This document shows, in pieces, positions 20,516 through 30,008 of a stretch of DNA of 47,591 bases. The stretch comes from a virus. Lineage: Duplodnaviria; Heunggongvirae; Uroviricota; Caudoviricetes. Positions within the stretch are counted from its first letter, which is position 1, and every line of letters begins with the position of its first letter. The stretch lies in the IMG/VR virus record IMGVR_UViG_3300045988_142058; one strand, 5' to 3'. The translations under genes and the position numbers were made by a program. A model generated the notes under the pieces. That model ran no database searches. It was not told the origin of the DNA and worked only from the letters and a program-made list of their open reading frames with translations.

Positions 20516-21235
20516 TTAACGAGAGAACGTCTTAGAAAGAATGTCATCAATAGCCTTTGTGACTTCATCAGCAAACGCATCGTCACCAGCACGTAGCGCC
20601 ACGCCATGCCAATCAAGACGCTGCGAATAGTTAGGTTGCTGGATAAACGTAAGGATCAACGTAGGACGCCGCCCAACGCGCTGCCAGACGCCTGGTTGAA
20701 GCGGGTTACTTGTACCAGGTCGAACAACAAAAAACTCCGTAGGCTTGCCCTGACGGCGATTTTGATGCGCATCTCGCTGAACTCTTAGGCCAGATAAGAC
20801 CTGCTGTAATTGCCCCCGCGAAATATTCCCGTATTTGTCCAGCTTTGCGCCGGGACCAGGAGCAAGCTGCCAGCCGTTAGGCAAATATCCACCAGCCCTT
20901 AGCGCCCCTTCTGAGCGTTTGTACTGTCGTTGGCCACCTTCGATTTGCGGAGTCAACGTTACAGGGGCTGGCGTTCCTCCCCATTCACGAGCATACACAA
21001 TGGCTGTAGGATCACTCTTCTTTGCGGCCAAAACGTAAGTAGAGTTCTGAATCCACGGCGTGGGCCTGTCAAATACCCGATTAATTTCATTCTTAATCGC
21101 AGCCTGAGAAGCCTTTGCCGTTCTGGTTGCCGCAAGCGCCATTGCGAATGGCAATTCGCGTTCTTCAAGGCGCTGGAGTTGTCGTTGAATATCCTGAGAA
21201 GAAAAATCAATCTTTATCTCAATTCTGTCAGCCAC
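20516..21235 (-). CDS. Hypothetical protein
   Basis: 239 aa ORF between methyltransferase and AT-rich intergenic region. Confidence 0.4.
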   Translation of the reverse strand: MADRIEIKIDFSSQDIQRQLQRLEERELPFAMALAATRTAKASQAAIKNEINRVFDRPTPWIQNSTYVLAAKKSDPTAIVYAREWGGTPAPVTLTPQIEGGQRQYKRSEGALRAGGYLPNGWQLAPGPGAKLDKYGNISRGQLQQVLSGLRVQRDAHQNRRQGKPTEFFVVRPGTSNPLQPGVWQRVGRRPTLILTFIQQPNYSQRLDWHGVALRAGDDAFADEVTKAIDDILSKTFSR

Positions 21236-21251
21236 CAGCGCCTCCTACACA

Positions 21252-22631
21252 CTACTTAATCAACGGCCGGAAAGCCGCCAACACATCATCAGATCGTCCG
21301 ATTGTTGAACCACCAGGCAACGGCAACTCAAACTCAAAACGAACAGCTTTCTCCAGACTCTCCCAGCGAAGAGAATCATCGTTAATAACGTGCAAATACC
21401 AGCTCTTACCGTTAAATACCGACCGCTTTATTCTGAAGCTATGCTCACGGCACAATTGCTTCACTTCCTCATCAGAATGAAACTTCTGATAAAACCAGTG
21501 TCCCTTCCGGTACAAAGCAGAAAAACCGTTATGGTCAATAAAATAAAGCCGGCTTATAGAGCTAGCAGCTTGCGTTCGTTTAAGCACACTCTCCAGCTCT
21601 CCACGACTACGGCCAGAAAAGAATATTGACCCACCAGCTTTACACAGGCCTTTCAGAACCGTCAGAACGGACCATTCAGCCTCGACACTATCGACCGAGT
21701 TCAAAACGCTATCGCAAATCACGTAGTCGTAACGCCCTCGCGTTTTTAAGTCGTCCACCAGCGTATCAATCATTCGGTTTGTTGCAGCCCTATCCAGAGT
21801 GTTTCCAGCGCCCTTACGGCGGAAAAGCTCGAGATCATGCAGGTTATATCCCTTTGCCCTGAGCATTCGCGCGTAGTCTCCCTGCCCCGAACCAAAATCA
21901 ATTCCTCTTGGCGTCTTGGCAATGATCGGGAGGATCAACGACTCATACAGGTTTGATTTCAGGCTGCCACCATTACGCAACCGCATAAGCTGCGCATACG
22001 TCTGGATGTATGTTGTTTTCTCCAGATGAGAATACTCAAATACACCATAAGTTTTATTCAGATAACTTTGGTATTTTTCCTTCTCAACATCAGGGATCAC
22101 AAACACCGTTAGCGGTGTGCGCGTCATCTTCGCTGCTAATGCATACTGAGCACAGTGAATAACCTCACCAGACTGAGTAGCAACACAACCACCCCACGGA
22201 CCATACTTGATAACCAGTTCCGCTATGTTCTTTCGAACATATGCCATTTTCGCGCGCATATTGCCTGAGATCTGGCTTGCCGATACCTGAACAAAACCAT
22301 GCTTATCTTCCAGACCGGACACCCTGCAACGCTCATCTCCGCTATCAAAATCCGTTCCGTTATGCAGTTGGTTAAACCGTACTTCGTCGTATACCGTCGT
22401 TTCACAGGGCAACACATACACCGCAGCACGCGTTATTCCCAACTTACGTAGCGCCTTCGTCCTTTGGTGTCCCGCCACCAGCAAATCGCCGCGCACTATC
22501 AATGGCTTCACAAGCCCCAGCTCCCTGACGCTTTCCGCCAGCCTCGCAAGATCATCCTCACCGATAAAACGCGGGTTATATTCCGCGCCGCGTAGGTGCG
22601 TTATGTCGTAATTCAGGTGAAGCATCAGCAC
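21252..22631 (-). CDS. ParB-domain / SAM-dependent DNA methyltransferase fusion
   Basis: 459 aa; N-terminal ParB-like (LVAGHQRTKA), C-terminal motif I-like IDFGSGQGDYA. Confidence 0.65.
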   Translation of the reverse strand: MLMLHLNYDITHLRGAEYNPRFIGEDDLARLAESVRELGLVKPLIVRGDLLVAGHQRTKALRKLGITRAAVYVLPCETTVYDEVRFNQLHNGTDFDSGDERCRVSGLEDKHGFVQVSASQISGNMRAKMAYVRKNIAELVIKYGPWGGCVATQSGEVIHCAQYALAAKMTRTPLTVFVIPDVEKEKYQSYLNKTYGVFEYSHLEKTTYIQTYAQLMRLRNGGSLKSNLYESLILPIIAKTPRGIDFGSGQGDYARMLRAKGYNLHDLELFRRKGAGNTLDRAATNRMIDTLVDDLKTRGRYDYVICDSVLNSVDSVEAEWSVLTVLKGLCKAGGSIFFSGRSRGELESVLKRTQAASSISRLYFIDHNGFSALYRKGHWFYQKFHSDEEVKQLCREHSFRIKRSVFNGKSWYLHVINDDSLRWESLEKAVRFEFELPLPGGSTIGRSDDVLAAFRPLIK

Positions 22632-23248
22632 ACCTCCCCAGCCAGCAATGCGGATACAAATCCGATATAGCTGCCATTATCATCAACATAACGAGACACC
22701 GCGCAGTCAAAACGATCCGCTTCCTCATCCGTTGCCGGGATTTTATGACCTCCAAATGACAGGTACTGAACTTTTACGCCTGATTTGGCCTCATCCTTCT
22801 CAAATGGGATATCCATACCCTCTGTGTCATCGTAGACCGCCGCACTCAATAAGTTATCCAGTTCGCGCTGAGTAAAACCAATTGAGTCCAGAGCAAAATC
22901 ATCGGCCGCAAGATCTGCAAGCTCCGCGCTTAACAACTCTTCATCCCAACCAGCATTCAGCGGAATACGGTTGTCGGCCAGACGATATGCCTTCTTCTGA
23001 TTCTCCGTTAGCCCAGCCAGAACAATGCAGGGAACATCATCCATCCCCAACTGAGTGGCCGCAGCAATTCGACCATGACCAGCAATTACAACGTTGTTCT
23101 CGTCTATCAGGATCGGATTAGTCCATCCGTACTCCTGTATGCTGGCAACAATCTGATCTACCTGCTCCACGGAGTGTGTGCGAGCGTTCTTTTCATAACC
23201 AATCAACACAGAAAGTGGTAAAGAAACCACATTAAGATGTTTTGTCAT
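22625..23248 (-). CDS. ParB-like nuclease domain protein
   Basis: 207 aa; same motif set as 19368..19958 (NPILIDENNVVIAGHGR, QKKAYRLADN). Confidence 0.75.
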   Translation of the reverse strand: MTKHLNVVSLPLSVLIGYEKNARTHSVEQVDQIVASIQEYGWTNPILIDENNVVIAGHGRIAAATQLGMDDVPCIVLAGLTENQKKAYRLADNRIPLNAGWDEELLSAELADLAADDFALDSIGFTQRELDNLLSAAVYDDTEGMDIPFEKDEAKSGVKVQYLSFGGHKIPATDEEADRFDCAVSRYVDDNGSYIGFVSALLAGEVC

Positions 23249-23482
23249 GCCGTTTATCCGCTAAAATCCCCTCGCTTGTGCAAGCAAGTGGGCCTCGGTT
23301 TGTATCCACGGCACCCTGTGGGTATGAATGACTGTCGTCAGGTCGCAACTGACGGCGGTCGCCCACCTTCCAGTAATAAAAAAGCCACCAGCATTAACTC
23401 CACAGCGAGCTGGAGTTAATGAGGCAGCTTTGGTTTGCGCATTATCGCAGCCCCTGATAGGCACAAGAGCTGCTGTAATGCG

Positions 23483-23893
23483 TTACGCAGGGATCAAACG
23501 GAGGCAGCCGTTATTTACCTCAATACGAGAGTATTCCGGCTTACCATCAACGATTCCGGTAATGACAAGTTCGCCATCAGACGAGCATTCTTCTTTGTCG
23601 TCTTCAAGTACCGCACCTTCTGGCAAATCAACACAGGCAAAAACAGGGCAGCCAGGATAACGATCATCTTCCATCGCAATCAGCATCGACTCACCGAACC
23701 ACTCTGTGGTAGCACGGCCATCAGCCGCCTGATAGTGAATCAGATACTGGTTTTCGCCATTTGCATACTGAGCACGGGCTTTAACTTCTCCCCATTCGTC
23801 ACTGATACGCATTGTTACCAGTTGGGATAATTCAAACTTAAACGGAACAGACTCTGCACCAATGGCTATCGGTTTATCTTCTTTCTTTTCCAT
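23483..23893 (-). CDS. Hypothetical protein
   Basis: 136 aa, AGGTGA RBS; preceded by intrinsic terminator. Confidence 0.4.
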   Translation of the reverse strand: MEKKEDKPIAIGAESVPFKFELSQLVTMRISDEWGEVKARAQYANGENQYLIHYQAADGRATTEWFGESMLIAMEDDRYPGCPVFACVDLPEGAVLEDDKEECSSDGELVITGIVDGKPEYSRIEVNNGCLRLIPA

Positions 23894-23903
23894 AACATCA
23901 CCT

Positions 23904-23933
23904 GAAAATAAAAGCCCCGCGACACCGCGAGGC
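23904..23933 (-). terminator. Intrinsic terminator inside cassette-1 operon (second)
   Basis: 8-bp GC stem then UUUUAUUUUC on minus RNA, just upstream of RBS of 23483..23893. Confidence 0.5.
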
Positions 23934-23941
23934 TGTAAGAG

Positions 23942-24094
23942 TTACTTTCGATAGAAATCAAGGCGCATTTGCTCCCGCTTAAGCCAAAAAGCTCTCTGCG
24001 CCACTAAGATGCGCCACAGGACACCAGCAATAACCACCAGCGAGATACAAAAACACACGGCCACAACCATCAGAAAAATGCCAAGACCATTCAT
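23942..24094 (-). CDS. Small hydrophobic membrane protein (50 aa)
   Basis: ATGA start/stop overlap with upstream gene; MNGLGIFLMVVAVCFCISLVVIAGVLW; below track size cut-off. Confidence 0.3.
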   Translation of the reverse strand: MNGLGIFLMVVAVCFCISLVVIAGVLWRILVAQRAFWLKREQMRLDFYRK

Positions 24095-24303
24095 GAAACT
24101 ATCCATTTTTCAATGAATACCTCCAGTAATATCAAGAGATACGCCGTACCCAGCGCGGTTCCTACCGATATAGCTAAGACAAACCTCAAAGATAACGAGG
24201 TATCTTTCGCTTTTCTCCAGACGTAAGCGCCAGCCAGAAATACCAACAAATCTCTTATTGGAAGCGGAAACCAGAACAAATCACTCGGCATAAGCACGAT
24301 CAT
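24091..24303 (-). CDS. Small membrane protein
   Basis: 70 aa, two hydrophobic segments. Confidence 0.4.
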   Translation of the reverse strand: MIVLMPSDLFWFPLPIRDLLVFLAGAYVWRKAKDTSLSLRFVLAISVGTALGTAYLLILLEVFIEKWIVS

Positions 24304-24580
24304 CTTCCGCTGCTGATTTACATGCCGCAGTTACTGATATATTGATAACCGGTGCGCTAATCGTGATGGACGACGCTGTCGGTTGACGCGATATAACTGA
24401 ACGATGGCTATCAATGAAGTCCACAATCTCATTCAGGCATTCTTTAGCTGCCTCATCGTGACTTTTTCCGTATGCTTCATGGAGGACTTTCATCCTCATC
24501 ATTGCTCCGTCACATATAGTCGAAAGCGCGTAAAGCACATCACTAACCGCCATTTCTTTTTTGGTGCTTGTCGAAGGCAT
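24281..24580 (-). CDS. Hypothetical protein
   Basis: 99 aa, first gene after terminator 24604..24631. Confidence 0.4.
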   Translation of the reverse strand: MPSTSTKKEMAVSDVLYALSTICDGAMMRMKVLHEAYGKSHDEAAKECLNEIVDFIDSHRSVISRQPTASSITISAPVINISVTAACKSAAEDDRAYAE

Positions 24581-24603
24581 CCCATGTTCTCCTTTGTCTG
24601 GAT

Positions 24604-24631
24604 GTAAAAAAGCCCCGGCAATTGCCGAGGC
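24604..24631 (-). terminator. Intrinsic terminator inside cassette-1 operon
   Basis: 10-bp stem (with G.U only in minus-strand RNA) followed by UUUUUUAC; in 74-nt gap after second gene. Confidence 0.55.
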
Positions 24632-24654
24632 TCGTTGTTCGTTATCGTTACGGT

Positions 24655-24855
24655 TTAATGCTCGCGTCGTCCGGCGACAACTTCGGATTTGTATTTCAGG
24701 TCGCCCAGCAAGAATTGCAGTTTAAGCATCTTTGCCGCCGTGTAGTTCCCTGATTCCACAACCTCTTTCATGAGGTCATAAACGGCCGCTACATCATCAG
24801 CCAGGAACTCTTTGCGTTGCTGCTCAGTCGCACGTTTGAAGGAAATACGCATCAC
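24655..24855 (-). CDS. Hypothetical protein
   Basis: 66 aa, coupled to upstream gene. Confidence 0.4.
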   Translation of the reverse strand: MMRISFKRATEQQRKEFLADDVAAVYDLMKEVVESGNYTAAKMLKLQFLLGDLKYKSEVVAGRREH

Positions 24856-25121
24856 TCATCATCTCCTGCCGCACATACAACCTCACAAAAAACATCAGCG
24901 GAATGTTTCTCCTTGAACGAATGACGCTCAAAACCGCACTCAATATCAGGCGCAAAAACATCCACCACATACGGTCTTTCAGAATGTTTGTTTTCCCAAC
25001 GATAAACCGTAGTGACGTTGAAATGTTTTAACGCTTCACGGAACTCAACGCTGCCCGTCAGGTTTTTTGAGGTCAGGTATTGCAGGAGGTTTTTTACTAC
25101 TTCACGGTCTTGTACTTTCAT
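24852..25121 (-). CDS. Hypothetical protein, first gene behind cassette copy 1
   Basis: 89 aa; ATG at 25121 preceded by cassette GGAG RBS. Confidence 0.45.
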   Translation of the reverse strand: MKVQDREVVKNLLQYLTSKNLTGSVEFREALKHFNVTTVYRWENKHSERPYVVDVFAPDIECGFERHSFKEKHSADVFCEVVCAAGDDE

Positions 25122-25230
25122 CGGGTTATCTCCGGTTTAACCAGGGCGGGTATCGCTCGGTTTCGGGTATAACCATAGGAAATTTTTTCCCACCTGTAAA
25201 GCACTTTTTATATAAATCTATAATTATATA
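25122..25230 (-). promoter_or_regulatory. Promoter-leader cassette copy 1
   Basis: ~109 bp near-identical to copies at 32043..32150 and 40979..41087; putative -35 TTTACA (25195..25200), -10 TATGGT (25172..25177), leader with GGAG RBS. Confidence 0.6.
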
Positions 25231-25233
25231 ATT

Positions 25234-25821
25234 CTATGACACTTGCCAGAGAGCATCATGCAACTGGATACCTCCATTGCACTGGTTGCCCCAGCCATGC
25301 CAGCCATCAGGTAAATCACCGCGAGCAAACAGCTCAATACGAGGAACATCGCCTAACAGCTTTACCAGCTTGTCACGGACCACATCAGGCTTCCGAGAAT
25401 GCTCCAGACGAGGCGATGTAAACGACTGAATGATTCCCGCATCAAGACGTGTCGGTAGTTTGCCTTTCACTGCAAACAAGCAATCTTCACTGTTTGCACG
25501 AGTCATATGCCCCATCCCCATCACCAGCTTATCTGGTTGTCGGCTACCACATTTGTTCCATGTGAAGCCCTTCATGGTCATCAGCCTGAATCCCCATGCT
25601 TTCACCACCAGCAACGCTTCTTCTGGCTGAGTCGGAACCCACCACATGGCCAACAAACACGATTCAGGATTAGCAAGCTGCCAGACAGGAATACGAGCAA
25701 TATCCTCAGCTTTCATCGTTGGATACTTAAAACCAGCGCCACGATTCCCATCCTTACACTTGTCTTTGTATTCCCAGGGGGGATCTGCATAAATCAGATT
25801 AAACAATGCAATTGCCTCCAT
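25234..25821 (-). CDS. MT-A70 family N6-adenine DNA methyltransferase
   Basis: 195 aa; DPPW motif (LIYADPPWEY). Confidence 0.8.
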   Translation of the reverse strand: MEAIALFNLIYADPPWEYKDKCKDGNRGAGFKYPTMKAEDIARIPVWQLANPESCLLAMWWVPTQPEEALLVVKAWGFRLMTMKGFTWNKCGSRQPDKLVMGMGHMTRANSEDCLFAVKGKLPTRLDAGIIQSFTSPRLEHSRKPDVVRDKLVKLLGDVPRIELFARGDLPDGWHGWGNQCNGGIQLHDALWQVS

Positions 25822-26129
25822 GTTAGTTGTGTCTCCGGCGCTTATCTCCGGCAGTCATAACGCTGGCCAGCTCTACAGCAAACACAACGAAAAGGGCACT
25901 AACCAGACTGATTAATGCCCTTGCCTGTTGTGTGCCGGATATCGCCCGACAACGCTGTTTTGGTAACACGGCTACAGTTCCGTGCCGCTCCAGCTTTTAC
26001 CCCTTTGCGGATAACAGGCCCTGCCTGTAACTTAGCCCCACGTTCGCCCGAAATGCGCACCAGGCACGCATAAAGATGAGCACGAAGGAAGTAACTCCAC
26101 CGCGCTTATCTTTATGTGTGAGAGTGAAT

Positions 26130-26205
26130 TGGTGGCCCCTACCGGATTTGAACCGATGACCGTGCGATTATGAGTCGCCTGCTCTAACCACTGAGCTAAG
26201 GGGCC
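26130..26205 (-). tRNA. tRNA with CAU anticodon, tRNA-Ile2 (lysidine)-like, CCA encoded
   Basis: 76 nt cloverleaf GGCCCCUUAGCUCAGUGGUUAGAGCAGGCGACUCAUAAUCGC...GGUUCAAAUCCGGUAGGGGCCACCA; 7-bp acceptor stem; resembles E. coli ileX from memory; elongator Met not excluded. Confidence 0.8.
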
Positions 26206-26374
26206 ATATTTGATCTGTTTGTCTGGTGTGGCGCCGCGCACGAAAATCCCAGCCAATAAATTCAGGATTTTTGGGCGCGGCGGCATATCAGACAAACATG
26301 GTTGATGCGTGCGCTAATGAGAAAAGCGCATAGAATGTTGTAACTATATATTTATATAATTATAGAAATATATA

Positions 26375-26584
26375 TTACTTTGGACAGTTGATTTCCCATG
26401 CCCTGTTATGAGCCAGAATATCTTTCTTTGTCTGGCGGTCCATAACATCGATATCGTGATCAGTCAGGTAGATGGGCTTTACCCAATCACAGGCGGTATC
26501 AACCACCACCGGGACGCTTCCACGACTCCCGCAGCTCGCGATCAACATCGTCATCAGCCATATGGTTAACACTCTGCTGTACAT
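26375..26584 (-). CDS. Outer-membrane spanin Rz1-like lipoprotein
   Basis: 69 aa; lipobox-like LIASC; overlaps 3' end of Rz-like gene in another frame. Confidence 0.55.
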   Translation of the reverse strand: MYSRVLTIWLMTMLIASCGSRGSVPVVVDTACDWVKPIYLTDHDIDVMDRQTKKDILAHNRAWEINCPK

Positions 26585-26777
26585 TGCCCACCTCTTTTGT
26601 CACTTCTATACGCCGCTCCGCAGTGGCTTTTACGGCGGCTGCATTCTCATTAATGCGCTGCTTTTCAGCTTCATCTTCGGCCTTTTCTCGCCCCTTCATA
26701 CGACCAAAACCAAACGCGCCGAATGCAACCAATATAATTGTGCCAATAAATGACAAAACGGCCTTCAAACCAGTCAT
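26499..26777 (-). CDS. Inner-membrane spanin Rz-like
   Basis: 92 aa; N-terminal TM, charged coiled-coil; follows endolysin. Confidence 0.6.
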   Translation of the reverse strand: MTGLKAVLSFIGTIILVAFGAFGFGRMKGREKAEDEAEKQRINENAAAVKATAERRIEVTKEVGNVQQSVNHMADDDVDRELRESWKRPGGG

Positions 26778-27316
26778 ACCACCACTCGCTCTTTCATCCA
26801 GCCGTAGACAAACGACTCATTCGCCTCGCGCTTCTCCGCCAACTCCAGATAGCGTTCGCCCTGCGTACAGTTCAGCGACGTCAGCATCACCCGTTCGCCG
26901 TCTTTTCCCCGATTCCCAAGATAAGCACGCAGCGCATTAATGGTACGTGGACCGATTCGTCCGTCTGCATCCAAATCGGGATACAGCTTCCCGCGCAGGT
27001 TGAACACATTCAGCCAGCGTTGAAGCATTTTTGACGCCACTGTTGGCCCCATGTTCACCCCCGTGTCACACAGCTCTGCAGCAATATCAGAGGATAATGC
27101 GGCCACCTGATCAAAGCGTGGTCCGTACCAGTAATCAGCCTCAAGGATTTCCAGTGCCTGTTCGCGAGTTAAATCGCGCATATCGCCACGGTATCCATGA
27201 GCACGGGCAGTGTTCTGAGTAATGCCCCACTTTGTTGGGCCTCCCTTGTCGTCAGGGTGATCAACATAACCGCCCTCTTTCCCAAGAATGCTGTTAAAAA
27301 TCTCATCTTTGGTCAT
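26774..27316 (-). CDS. Endolysin, GH108-like with peptidoglycan-binding domain
   Basis: 180 aa; ILGKEGGYVDHPDDKGGPTKWGIT motif; C-terminal DGRIGPRTINAL. Confidence 0.8.
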   Translation of the reverse strand: MTKDEIFNSILGKEGGYVDHPDDKGGPTKWGITQNTARAHGYRGDMRDLTREQALEILEADYWYGPRFDQVAALSSDIAAELCDTGVNMGPTVASKMLQRWLNVFNLRGKLYPDLDADGRIGPRTINALRAYLGNRGKDGERVMLTSLNCTQGERYLELAEKREANESFVYGWMKERVVV

Positions 27317-27635
27317 GATTAAACCCTAATGCGTCAACTATCCGCGCCAGATTGCCCCTGAAATACAGAACAACGATGCAGATAATCAGATTTCCAATAA
27401 CCACCAGCCAGTGGGATTCTTGATAAAGACCGAACACATAACGGAAGGGAACATTGGCGTATACAATGACGTAGATATAAGCCAGAAAGGAAACAAATGG
27501 ACGATGCCTGGAGTCTTTCCGTCGATAAAGCATCAGCGCCATTACTATTACTGTGCAAAGCACCGCATTAATCAGTGCTGACGGGTCACTGCTTACCATT
27601 TGAACCCCCTCCACGTAAGCGGGAAAGCATTCCAA
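27303..27635 (-). CDS. Membrane protein, holin/antiholin-like
   Basis: 110 aa, multiple hydrophobic segments; start uncertain. Confidence 0.4.
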   Translation of the reverse strand: MECFPAYVEGVQMVSSDPSALINAVLCTVIVMALMLYRRKDSRHRPFVSFLAYIYVIVYANVPFRYVFGLYQESHWLVVIGNLIICIVVLYFRGNLARIVDALGFNHDQR

Positions 27636-27981
27636 AGATGCTACCGAGATCCTGGCTGTTTACGAACGTGAGGATTTTAATGGTCAATGCAGCCACAATA
27701 ACCGCACCAAGCGCATCCAGAGGACGATCGTTGTAGCTGGTCCATTTGGCAAGAAATGAGCCAACTAACGGCGCTCCAATCACTCCAACAATGAACGATG
27801 TAAAGAAATAGCCAATCAGCTTGAGACGGCTAATATTCACCGCTGTAGCAACATAGAAAACAGCGCCAGCAAATGCCCCGAATACAACGCCGTAATCAAT
27901 ACCAGTTGCAATACCAAAAACGCTGGCACCCATCAGGCCACCAGCAGCAACGGCCGTACCGGAAATTGGTTCTGCTGACAT
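27586..27981 (-). CDS. Putative holin
   Basis: 131 aa, 3-4 predicted TM segments, upstream of endolysin. Confidence 0.55.
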   Translation of the reverse strand: MSAEPISGTAVAAGGLMGASVFGIATGIDYGVVFGAFAGAVFYVATAVNISRLKLIGYFFTSFIVGVIGAPLVGSFLAKWTSYNDRPLDALGAVIVAALTIKILTFVNSQDLGSIFGMLSRLRGGGSNGKQ

Positions 27982-28171
27982 TGAAATCCTCGTTAAAAAA
28001 AAAGCCCCGCCGAAAAAGGCAGGGCTTCATAAAGCAACAAATTACGCGGTAATCGCTTAACGCAGTTTTACTACGTTAAATGAAACACTACACCCAGTTA
28101 CCACCTAAAACAAGGTTTCCCCATAAAAAAACCTTCATATCGTGGTTAATCGATCAATAAAAAAGCAATGT

Positions 28172-28363
28172 TCAACTTTTTACCAACTGAACATCCCGAC
28201 CAGGACTTCCATAATATTCGCCGATATTCCACTGCTTAAGTTGAGTAATCTTCTCCAACTTAACTCCCACAGAATCCAATTTCTGCCATGTTTTCGGTTG
28301 TATGTGCCTCATTACCCGCTCTGAATATCTAAATACTGCTCGTAGCCTCGCTAAATTGCTCAC
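28172..28363 (-). CDS. Hypothetical small protein
   Basis: 63 aa ORF. Confidence 0.3.
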   Translation of the reverse strand: MSNLARLRAVFRYSERVMRHIQPKTWQKLDSVGVKLEKITQLKQWNIGEYYGSPGRDVQLVKS

Positions 28364-29064
28364 TTGTCGCCTCCTTTACGAATCTGTTCCGCCCACTCCT
28401 CAAGAGATTTCTCCGCATATTCACCGGACAGGCCATCAATCGGGTGCGGTTCATTAGCCAACTCTTCTTTCGCTGACAAAATCATGCGTGTAACGTCGAA
28501 AACTTCACGCAAAGACTTATTGATAAATCCGTGATTGAACGCAGCAGCAAGACGGCTTGCGGTGTAGTTAATCCCCTCGTTGCGTGCCTCCGCACGTATT
28601 TCAGCCAGGAAAGCGTCGGTGGCTGACATATTTCCTGTTGCCTTCATGGCCTTCAAAATAACCAGAACGCCATCTCGCCCAACCAACTCGGAGATAATCT
28701 CAGTGTTGTCGCCAACAACATCACAGAATGCCTGAACAGCTTTACGAGCAAGTGCATTCTCCGCCGCCAGCGCCGCACGACAGGCCTCCAGTTCAGCAAT
28801 ACGCTTGTTTTGGGCTTCCCGCTCATCCAGTAGTGCCTGTACTACTTCAGGGTTGAAAGCTGCGATATAACGAGCGTTGTTCTCTGCGTTTTCCTGTCCA
28901 TCAAAGCCGGTCCATTTGATAACGTCTTCACATCGTTTATCACCGGGTGTATGCACCGCATATGTACCAGTACCCGACGAAATAAATGCGACCCATTCGC
29001 CTTGTGTTGCCTGTTTTGCTATCTCACGCAGCGCCTGATAATTAATTGCTGTGCTGTTAGTCAT
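28360..29064 (-). CDS. Hypothetical protein
   Basis: Start moved to ATG 29064 (MTNSTAINYQ...), 8-nt overlap with upstream gene; 234 aa. Confidence 0.4.
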   Translation of the reverse strand: MTNSTAINYQALREIAKQATQGEWVAFISSGTGTYAVHTPGDKRCEDVIKWTGFDGQENAENNARYIAAFNPEVVQALLDEREAQNKRIAELEACRAALAAENALARKAVQAFCDVVGDNTEIISELVGRDGVLVILKAMKATGNMSATDAFLAEIRAEARNEGINYTASRLAAAFNHGFINKSLREVFDVTRMILSAKEELANEPHPIDGLSGEYAEKSLEEWAEQIRKGGDK

Positions 29065-29398
29065 TCCAAGACTCCAGCTCTGTTTCAATTTCTTTATCGA
29101 TCTCATCGTTTGTGGCTTCTTCATCCAGATGGTCACGAGCCTCTTTACGATACTTTTCTCTATGCGCTTCATACCAGTTAGAAAACTCCGGCGACCAGCC
29201 TGTGTCCTTGCCGTCGTAGTCAAACTTGGCATTTTTCTCAGCCATGCTTTCAACCATGTTTTCAGCCGTAATAAGCCCCAATTCACGCATCCCACGCAAA
29301 AAACTCTTACGCATGTGAGGACTAACTTTCGAATCACAAATAGGCTTAAATTTGACTTCCCAACGGCGAATACAACGTGCATTAAGTGATTTGTTCAT
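29057..29398 (-). CDS. Hypothetical protein
   Basis: 113 aa ORF. Confidence 0.4.
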   Translation of the reverse strand: MNKSLNARCIRRWEVKFKPICDSKVSPHMRKSFLRGMRELGLITAENMVESMAEKNAKFDYDGKDTGWSPEFSNWYEAHREKYRKEARDHLDEEATNDEIDKEIETELESWND

Positions 29399-29400
29399 AG

Positions 29401-29997
29401 TTATGCTTCCTGAATACGCTTAAACTCAATTACCCATACCCACGGGTTAGATAGCCAGTTCTCTTGCCCGTAAATACCGCGCCAGATATCACCAAAGCCA
29501 ACGCGATAAACCGCTTCCGGCGGTGTAATCTTGTACGTCGCCGGAGATGCACCTTCCGCTTTAGCATCTGCCTCGCTCATGTCATGTAGCCGTTCCACAC
29601 GCACATCGGTTATTTCCAACAGAATACGGCTGGCCCAACGTGGCATGTGAATTGATGGGGTCCAACCCTCAGCTGGCTTGCTACTATCTGAGTAATCAGC
29701 CTTGTAATCACACAGTTCAGAAGCCAGAGAGACACCATCTTTGATTTCCTGAATGACATCGTTATCCAGCCAAAAAGCGTTGAATGTTTCACGTACCCAT
29801 ATGCGATCACCAACGTTACCGAACGGACATAAACCATGTTTCGGTGCATCCATAACATGGGTACAGACACCATTGCGTTTCTTTGTCGGTTTACTGATAA
29901 CCAGGCAGTTATCCGCCCCGACATTTTTTACAGGTCGGCGAGTCTGCGTTTTCCTTCCTTCGAGGATGGCCCGGACCATCTCATCGTTAAAAATCAT
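29401..29997 (-). CDS. ASCH-domain-like protein
   Basis: Start at MIFNDEMVRAILEGRKTQTRR; motif resembles ASCH fold. Confidence 0.4.
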   Translation of the reverse strand: MIFNDEMVRAILEGRKTQTRRPVKNVGADNCLVISKPTKKRNGVCTHVMDAPKHGLCPFGNVGDRIWVRETFNAFWLDNDVIQEIKDGVSLASELCDYKADYSDSSKPAEGWTPSIHMPRWASRILLEITDVRVERLHDMSEADAKAEGASPATYKITPPEAVYRVGFGDIWRGIYGQENWLSNPWVWVIEFKRIQEA

Positions 29998-30008
29998 GCC
30001 GCGCTCTT

